Below, piece after piece: positions 58,148 to 64,000 of a stretch of DNA of 64,000 bases (position 1 is its first letter; every line of letters begins with the position of its first letter). The notes under the pieces are model-generated. The model was not told the DNA's origin, ran no database searches, and saw nothing but the letters and a program-made list of their open reading frames with translations. Position numbers and translations under genes: made by a program. This DNA comes from Methanobacteriota archaeon (GTDB lineage Archaea > Thermoplasmatota > Poseidoniia > Poseidoniales > Thalassarchaeaceae): the NCBI GenBank assembly GCA_004195615.1, contig PSPW01000001.1, forward strand, positions 82,881 to 146,880, written 5' to 3'.

Positions 58148-59200
58148 ATGCGTCGCGTCAAGAGGCTGGACGAGGGTCTGAGGCTGAGGATTGAGAGCGA
58201 GGACGACCTGTGGGTGCTATCCCAGGTATGTGGCACGGGTTGCCTAGTGGGGATGCTGTCCCATCGAAGGGACTCTACGACCGGGACGAAAGAGGACGGT
58301 AGGGCTAAGAGCGCCGAGAGGAAGCTAATGTGGATAGTTCTGGAATCGTCTGAGACCGCATTCCAGCCATTCACTGACAATCTCAGGGTGCATGGGGTGA
58401 TTAAGGAGGCGAAGATCGACATCGGCAGCCACCATACTCATGTCATTTCCTCGGGTGATGAGATCGAGTTGACCCAGGAAGGGGGGTTGTCCAGAGTCGA
58501 TTCTGCTTTGATCAAAGAGGCGATCTCCTCGGGAAGAAAAGCCCGTTCCGGACTAATTGTGGTCGAAAACGACGAGGTTCTGATCTTCGAAGTGGCCGTC
58601 CATGGGATTCGTGACGTGTCGCAGTTCAACTTGCGAGGAGGGGGAAAGAGGATAGGAGATTCAACCGCAGTTCGGAATGAGTTCTTCGAGAAGGTTGCCA
58701 AGGAAACCAAGATGGTCTTTCCAGATGAGATGCCTCTGATTCTCTGCGGACCGGGGATGGCGAGAGAGGGTTTCGAAATCCTATTGAGGGGATTGGGGGC
58801 ACAGAACAAAATTGTCAATGCGCCGACAACGATAGGCGGGAGGTCTGCTGCGAACGAGGTACTAGCGGAGGGACTAGCCGACTCACTCCTAGGCGAGCAC
58901 GCAATCGTGGAACAGGTCAGAGCGATAGAGGAGGGCTTGAAGAGAGTCTCGACAGATGGTGCTGTTACCTATGGAATGGAGATGGTGTCCGATGCTGCGA
59001 GACAGGGTGCTGTCGAGACATTGGTCATAGAGGCGGGACTCTTGCGAGTAGAAGAAAACCACTCCGACTGGGAGTCGATAGCGGAAGCAGTCGAGAGTTC
59101 TAGTGGGAAAGTGATTCAAGCGTCGACAGAGCACGATGCGGGCAAACAGCTCCAAGGCATGGGTGGTGCAATCGCCCTCCTGAGATGGAAGTTGGAATAG
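58148..59200 (+). CDS. pelA: mRNA surveillance protein pelota
   Basis: ESEDDLWVL, FQPFTDNLRVHG, GSHHT, CGPG, GAVETL, GKQLQGMGGAIALLRW. Confidence 0.92.
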   Translation: MRRVKRLDEGLRLRIESEDDLWVLSQVCGTGCLVGMLSHRRDSTTGTKEDGRAKSAERKLMWIVLESSETAFQPFTDNLRVHGVIKEAKIDIGSHHTHVISSGDEIELTQEGGLSRVDSALIKEAISSGRKARSGLIVVENDEVLIFEVAVHGIRDVSQFNLRGGGKRIGDSTAVRNEFFEKVAKETKMVFPDEMPLILCGPGMAREGFEILLRGLGAQNKIVNAPTTIGGRSAANEVLAEGLADSLLGEHAIVEQVRAIEEGLKRVSTDGAVTYGMEMVSDAARQGAVETLVIEAGLLRVEENHSDWESIAEAVESSSGKVIQASTEHDAGKQLQGMGGAIALLRWKLE

Positions 59201-59234
59201 GCAACCCTCTTCACGGACATGTAGAGGGGGCTTC

Positions 59235-59888
59235 ATGGCTCGGACCCCTGTAAGGATGGTGGGATTAGGACGCCAAGACAGAAGTGACATTGCGTCCGCC
59301 GTTGTCGAGGCTTCCCTTGAGATCGGGGCGGATGCCCAATTCATCATCGATCGTAGCGAGATAAGGGAATTCGACCAGGGGATGATAGACTGGAGAGGGA
59401 TGCTTGAGTCGAATCATTGGCTCGTACTGTCATCGTCTTGCCCTCTCGATGGAGACTCAATGAAATGGGCATGGGGATCGTCTCTGACATTCGCAGAGCT
59501 GGAGGGTTGCAAGACAGCTATGCTCATCGATATGCCCGAAGACTCGGGGCGCATGGATGAGGTATGGGGGTCAGTCATAGAACGAATCAGACAAATCCAT
59601 CTCCTCTTCATCGACCCGGAGGCAATGAAGGCTCTGGCAGAGTTGGAAGGGACGGAAGTAGAGCTCCTACTGAAGGAGGTCAGGAGAAGAAGTTTCGTCC
59701 CAATAGTCTGCTCGTTCGACCCAAAGAAAGGGGTCGCGCATGTTTCTCACTCACTTGGGCACGAGATTGTGGAAGTAAAAGAGCGGATGAGTTTGGAAAG
59801 ATGGCTAGCAGGATTCCTTTGCGAGCTACCAATATCGGGCTTTGGAGAGTCTGGGATAGTATCTGCGGCCCGGTCCTCACCGGGCTGA
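59235..59888 (+). CDS. Hypothetical protein, possibly a degenerate PfkB/ribokinase-like fold
   Basis: The strand/helix pattern (WLVLSS...KTAMLID...IHLLFIDPEA...PIVC...KG) resembles the PfkB core, but the GAGD motif is absent. Confidence 0.6.
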   Translation: MARTPVRMVGLGRQDRSDIASAVVEASLEIGADAQFIIDRSEIREFDQGMIDWRGMLESNHWLVLSSSCPLDGDSMKWAWGSSLTFAELEGCKTAMLIDMPEDSGRMDEVWGSVIERIRQIHLLFIDPEAMKALAELEGTEVELLLKEVRRRSFVPIVCSFDPKKGVAHVSHSLGHEIVEVKERMSLERWLAGFLCELPISGFGESGIVSAARSSPG

Positions 59889-59966
59889 TCCTTCTTCCTG
59901 CGAAGTCCCCACCTGAAACCCCTTTTGAAGGGGGACCCGTTCGGCCGGACCCGCGAGGCCAAAGGG

Positions 59967-61136
59967 ATGCCACTCAAACTAGGGCCTGCAGGAGTTCCCC
60001 TCTCTTGTAAGGGCCGCACCATTGTTGAGGGAATGGACGACATCACGGTGTTGGGACTGGATGCAATGGAGGTGCAGACCGTGCGAACCATCCAACCTCA
60101 ACACTTCGATCAATACTGGCAAGCGGGAATCCTATCTTGGAAGTCTGACTTCGAAATGAATATGCACGGACCCTACTACGCGGAGCTTCTTGGGACCAAA
60201 AGGGAGCGAAACAGAACCCTGTCGAAGATGGAAACAAGTCTCCAGGCTGGGAAGATAGTCAACGCGAGACACCTTACATTCCATGTAGGCCCATATGGGA
60301 AGTATGATCCGGGACCTGAGGCAAACGAACAGGTCGTAAACGTCATGTCGGGAATAGTCGAGAGAGTCAGAGAGGTTTGGGGGGACGAAGAGGAGGAGGA
60401 GGATTACGCTGCATTCCCATGGGTCCACGAGTCGGAGCCCTCTCTAGTTGGGATTGAGACCTCCGGGAGACAGGAGCTTTGGGGAACGGTAGAGGAAGTT
60501 CTAGAAGTCTGCAACCACGTAGAAGGGACGGTTCCCGTACTGAACATGGGCCACATTCACGCTCGTGGCCATGGTAGGCTCAGAACCAGCGAGGACTACG
60601 CAGAACTATTCGATCAGGCCAGAGAAACCTATGGCGGGTCCACATTCTACTGTCACTTCGCAGGAGTCGAGCACAGGATGGGGAATGCACTCCACTACAC
60701 CCAGATTAAGAAGTCTGACTTGAAGTTCGAGCCATTCGCGGAGTATCTCGCGGAGGAAGGCGACTGGATGGACATAACGATAATCTCAGACTCGCCGCTC
60801 CTGGAGCATGATGCAATGTACATGCTCCAGCACTATGACAAAGCGAGGCAGCGCCTACTAGAGATTAGGGCTCGTGATGAGAGGAGGGCAAAGTTGGCAG
60901 CCCAGCAAGGCATTGACCCGGAGGAGCTGAAGAGGAGAGAGGAGGAGGCTGCGGCAGCTAGGAAGTCCCAGCTAACCAGCGAATTGGAAGGGCCGGCCAA
61001 GAAGGCCCCTGCAAAGAAGACTCCCCCTGCAAAGAAGACCCCTGCAAAGGAGGCCCCTCCTGCAAAGGGAAAGGCCGGTAAAGCCAGTGAAATGATATCA
61101 TTTGACGAGTCTTCAAACGAAGACGACGTGTTCTAG
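59967..61136 (+). CDS. Archaeal endonuclease IV-like TIM-barrel protein with Lys/Ala/Pro-rich C-terminal tail
   Basis: GPAGVP, GLDAMEVQ, HGPYY, FHVG, GIETSG, HIHAR, HFAG, ISDSPLLEHDA. Confidence 0.85.
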   Translation: MPLKLGPAGVPLSCKGRTIVEGMDDITVLGLDAMEVQTVRTIQPQHFDQYWQAGILSWKSDFEMNMHGPYYAELLGTKRERNRTLSKMETSLQAGKIVNARHLTFHVGPYGKYDPGPEANEQVVNVMSGIVERVREVWGDEEEEEDYAAFPWVHESEPSLVGIETSGRQELWGTVEEVLEVCNHVEGTVPVLNMGHIHARGHGRLRTSEDYAELFDQARETYGGSTFYCHFAGVEHRMGNALHYTQIKKSDLKFEPFAEYLAEEGDWMDITIISDSPLLEHDAMYMLQHYDKARQRLLEIRARDERRAKLAAQQGIDPEELKRREEEAAAARKSQLTSELEGPAKKAPAKKTPPAKKTPAKEAPPAKGKAGKASEMISFDESSNEDDVF

Positions 61137-61193
61137 CTCAAGTGACCCCAATCAGCAGTCTAGTTCAATAACCTGTTTTGGGGCCGTGGGTTC

Positions 61194-61400
61194 ATGGCGA
61201 CAGGAACTGTGAAGTGGTTCAACTATGTGAAAGGATTTGGGTTCATTGGACGGGAAGATGGCGATGACCTCTTCGTTCATACTACCGAAGTGAACGGAAG
61301 GATTGACGAAGGAGACTTAGTCGAGTTTGAAGTTGGTGAAAGCGATAAGGGCCCGAATGCGGTCAATGTCAGAAAGATCGGCGACGCAGAAGAAGAGTAA
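61194..61400 (+). CDS. Cold-shock domain protein
   Basis: GTVKWFN..KGFGFI (RNP1), DLFVH (RNP2), KGPNA.NV. Confidence 0.95.
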   Translation: MATGTVKWFNYVKGFGFIGREDGDDLFVHTTEVNGRIDEGDLVEFEVGESDKGPNAVNVRKIGDAEEE

Positions 61401-61444
61401 ATCTGTGCCCTAGGGCAACAATAGGGACCCTCTTGGGTTTTCCC

Positions 61445-64000
61445 TCACTCTTCCTCTATGCCAGTCTTTTCCCAATTCAGCACTATTGCCCCATTGGCAC
61501 TGATTCCCAGAACTGGCGACCACTTGCTGAAGTCGACGGAATTGTTTGCTACTATCATAGCTCTGAGGTTGGAAACTAGGGGTGGGTCCAATCTGATGTC
61601 GAAGGGGGCTTCGTCCGATGCGAATAGCGGGGAAGGTGGGGGAGTTTCGACTGTTTTTTGGTTGAATGGGGTTTCTGCCTCCTCTTGACGAGCATCATCA
61701 TGGTCGTCAGGTGATTCCGATGATTCCAACTCGGGAAGATCTCTTTCGTCGGACGATTGCTCTCCTGCCTCGGAGTCGGGGACGCCGACCTCAGAGACGA
61801 ATGGGGTAGCCCCTTCGATGGTACTGCCGATCTCTAGCCCGCCACGGGAGGCATAGAGCACCGCCTGCCCGATCAGAGTCAAAGCGGCTAGGAAGAGCAT
61901 TACGATCAGAATAAGTTCGCCTTGTTCGACACCAGTGTAAATCAGACCCGATGGCATGCCGACGAGGCTGATCATCCTCCTCCAACCATGGTCGCGGCTG
62001 AATCCAACAACCACGTGATGGAACGATAGGCCAACGATTGAAAGACCGAAGACAAAATCCAATTCTATATGCTCGGAGTAGGGCAGCATTGCAACAAGGA
62101 AGAAAGCGGAGCCGAACAGTCCGAAGTCCTTCTCCATGTCGAAGGGGTCGGCTTCAGATTGCTGGGGGAAAAATGGAGTCATGATCTCGATATCGGAGCC
62201 ATAGGGGTCCTTCCTCGACCATGAGACGTATACCATGGCCAAACCGGCAATTATCGGCCAGAGCAGTGCATTGTCTGGATGGATGCCGAAGTCATCATCC
62301 ACCCATAACCAAAGCGTCACTGCCTGCACGAAAACAGAACCGTGGAGCATCATTGGGATGCCATTCCTGAGTCCGTCCCAACCTGCAATTAAGGCCGCGG
62401 CGAACGGCAGTGCACCAGAGATTCCACCTGAGAGAAGAAAGAACGCGTACCCGTACCCGCGTGAGGCTGATCCGAGGTAGACATAGGCCAATGAATCCGG
62501 AACCTCGCCCCCATCGGCATTCTGCAGCAGCACACCCTTCTCGTAGAGGACGTACTGAGTTAGTCCGGCCAATCCCCCGATAACCCAGGCGTAGTCAGGA
62601 TCGATTGCCCCTGACCCCCCATTGATGTAATCGATTAGCTGTGATGATGCCCAGAACCATGCGAATGGAGATACCCAAAACCAATACACTACGCCCTTCT
62701 TCCAGGCCCCCAAGGAGAGAACCGTCACAATCATGATCGGAGCCAATCTGGTGTCAGGTAGGAGGAAGGCGACAGCCATGAGAAATGCCAATGCAGGTCC
62801 GAAGAGCTGCTCGGGACCATATCGTGATCCGTCCTCGCGCGTCCTCTCGGAGGGCAGATAGAAAGCAACTGCTGCTGGGACCGAGAACAGGAAGATGGAT
62901 GCCCAGCGAGGGGTGTGGAAGGATAGCATATCAGTAGTATCTCCTAGGTAGTACAATTCTGACATGAGGGGCCAGAGAATGTCACTCCCATCATAGCTCC
63001 ACTCAAAGAAAGATGCATATATGATAGCGAAGACAGGAAGAGAGGCCAGTACGGGAGTGGAAACGTGCTTCGCTGCCCTCTGAACCGCGATGGCAAATAC
63101 GGGAATGGCGAGGAGACCACCGGAAGAATCCGTCAGCCCGATTATCAGCAGTGCCATGAGGGTCAGGGTGCCGAAGTTGCGTGCCTCCTGAGAGATGTCG
63201 ACCAAGGTCTTCAGACGAAAGTTGACAAGGACGGGAGCCGAGATGATCACGAGGTCCCTGATGGATCTGGCCCAGATGTCCGCCCCCTCCTCTGACAGAA
63301 TCATAGCAGAGATTAGGGAGACTATGGAGAGGTAGGAGATTCCAACCAACCTCTCCAACGGCGTGGTGCGAAATGCGGCACCCCCTTCGAATGCGAGAAG
63401 TGCCACCGATAAAGCAGAGCATGCAAGAGTCAATCTGACGGACTCGGTGGGAGTGACTTGGAACTGTGAATCGATGTTGACCATTAGGAATACTAGTACC
63501 AGGAAGAGCATGGCAGCCATCTCGGGCCTCAAGGACAGGCTCTCATTTGCAATCCTCCACCTATGACAAATTGCAAAAAGGCTGACTGCGGCGATTAACG
63601 GGAGTGTTCTAGCAATGATGTCCCCTCCCATCGTCTCGAACGATGAGAAGAAAATTGACAGAGCCAGTGGCGCCACAATCAATGATAGAAACGCAACCTC
63701 CGTACCCCAATCCAGAAGGCCATCCTCCCTTTCGGTTCTGAGGGACAGGAACGAGTTCATTTGGTACAGGGTGGCAACTGAGATGATTATCACGAAGAGT
63801 AGGTGGGCCTCCTCAATCAATTCGGCATTGAAGGCCGCTAGCAGGAGGAGAATGGATGGTCCCTCGTAGAACCTCAGCCTCCCTCTGAACTGGGCCCAAA
63901 TACCGAGAGCCAAGACGGCGGGGAACAGGACGAGAGACAACCCATCAACGATGCCCAGGGAGAATCCTCCGATTTCGAGGATGTTGCCCTCCCTGCTCGC
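61445..64000 (-). CDS. Large polytopic membrane protein, C-terminal part (continues beyond the window)
   Basis: More than 20 hydrophobic segments and an acidic C-terminal domain. The reading frame stays open from 64000. Confidence 0.8.
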   Translation of the reverse strand, partial: ASREGNILEIGGFSLGIVDGLSLVLFPAVLALGIWAQFRGRLRFYEGPSILLLLAAFNAELIEEAHLLFVIIISVATLYQMNSFLSLRTEREDGLLDWGTEVAFLSLIVAPLALSIFFSSFETMGGDIIARTLPLIAAVSLFAICHRWRIANESLSLRPEMAAMLFLVLVFLMVNIDSQFQVTPTESVRLTLACSALSVALLAFEGGAAFRTTPLERLVGISYLSIVSLISAMILSEEGADIWARSIRDLVIISAPVLVNFRLKTLVDISQEARNFGTLTLMALLIIGLTDSSGGLLAIPVFAIAVQRAAKHVSTPVLASLPVFAIIYASFFEWSYDGSDILWPLMSELYYLGDTTDMLSFHTPRWASIFLFSVPAAVAFYLPSERTREDGSRYGPEQLFGPALAFLMAVAFLLPDTRLAPIMIVTVLSLGAWKKGVVYWFWVSPFAWFWASSQLIDYINGGSGAIDPDYAWVIGGLAGLTQYVLYEKGVLLQNADGGEVPDSLAYVYLGSASRGYGYAFFLLSGGISGALPFAAALIAGWDGLRNGIPMMLHGSVFVQAVTLWLWVDDDFGIHPDNALLWPIIAGLAMVYVSWSRKDPYGSDIEIMTPFFPQQSEADPFDMEKDFGLFGSAFFLVAMLPYSEHIELDFVFGLSIVGLSFHHVVVGFSRDHGWRRMISLVGMPSGLIYTGVEQGELILIVMLFLAALTLIGQAVLYASRGGLEIGSTIEGATPFVSEVGVPDSEAGEQSSDERDLPELESSESPDDHDDARQEEAETPFNQKTVETPPPSPLFASDEAPFDIRLDPPLVSNLRAMIVANNSVDFSKWSPVLGISANGAIVLNWEKTGIEEE

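Overview
This is an archaeal chromosome segment, most consistent with Marine Group II Euryarchaeota (Ca. Poseidoniales, Thermoplasmatota). That assignment is inferred from gene content and not from a database search. Archaeal information-processing genes (RFC small subunit, pelota, GatD, DRG GTPase, archaeal-type AspRS, an smc-scpA-scpB operon, and tRNA-Met(CAT) with a BHB intron) sit among many bacterial-type metabolic genes (FabH, IcmF, acyl-CoA carboxyltransferase, acyl-CoA ligase, RhlE-like helicase, Csp, SMUG1-type glycosylase). I see about 55 CDS and one tRNA, and no rRNA, CRISPR array, transposase or integrase. Highlights: (1) a probable split pathway for aromatic amine catabolism, with amnB-amnA-RidA at 44.6-47.1 kb and a formyltransferase/SDR/LLM monooxygenase/variant asparaginase-II/ALDH8 operon at 11.1-16.5 kb; (2) a doublet of Bd0055-like short histone folds; (3) a surface protein of about 2480 aa, with a 7-bladed RCC1 propeller of different base composition inserted inside a Cys-rich repeat and a cytoplasmic SAP domain; (4) an APC transporter fused to two EF-hands; (5) a recurring TTCA(A/T/C) box about 30 nt upstream of start codons. 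Product calls come from motif recognition by eye, and many start codons are best estimates.
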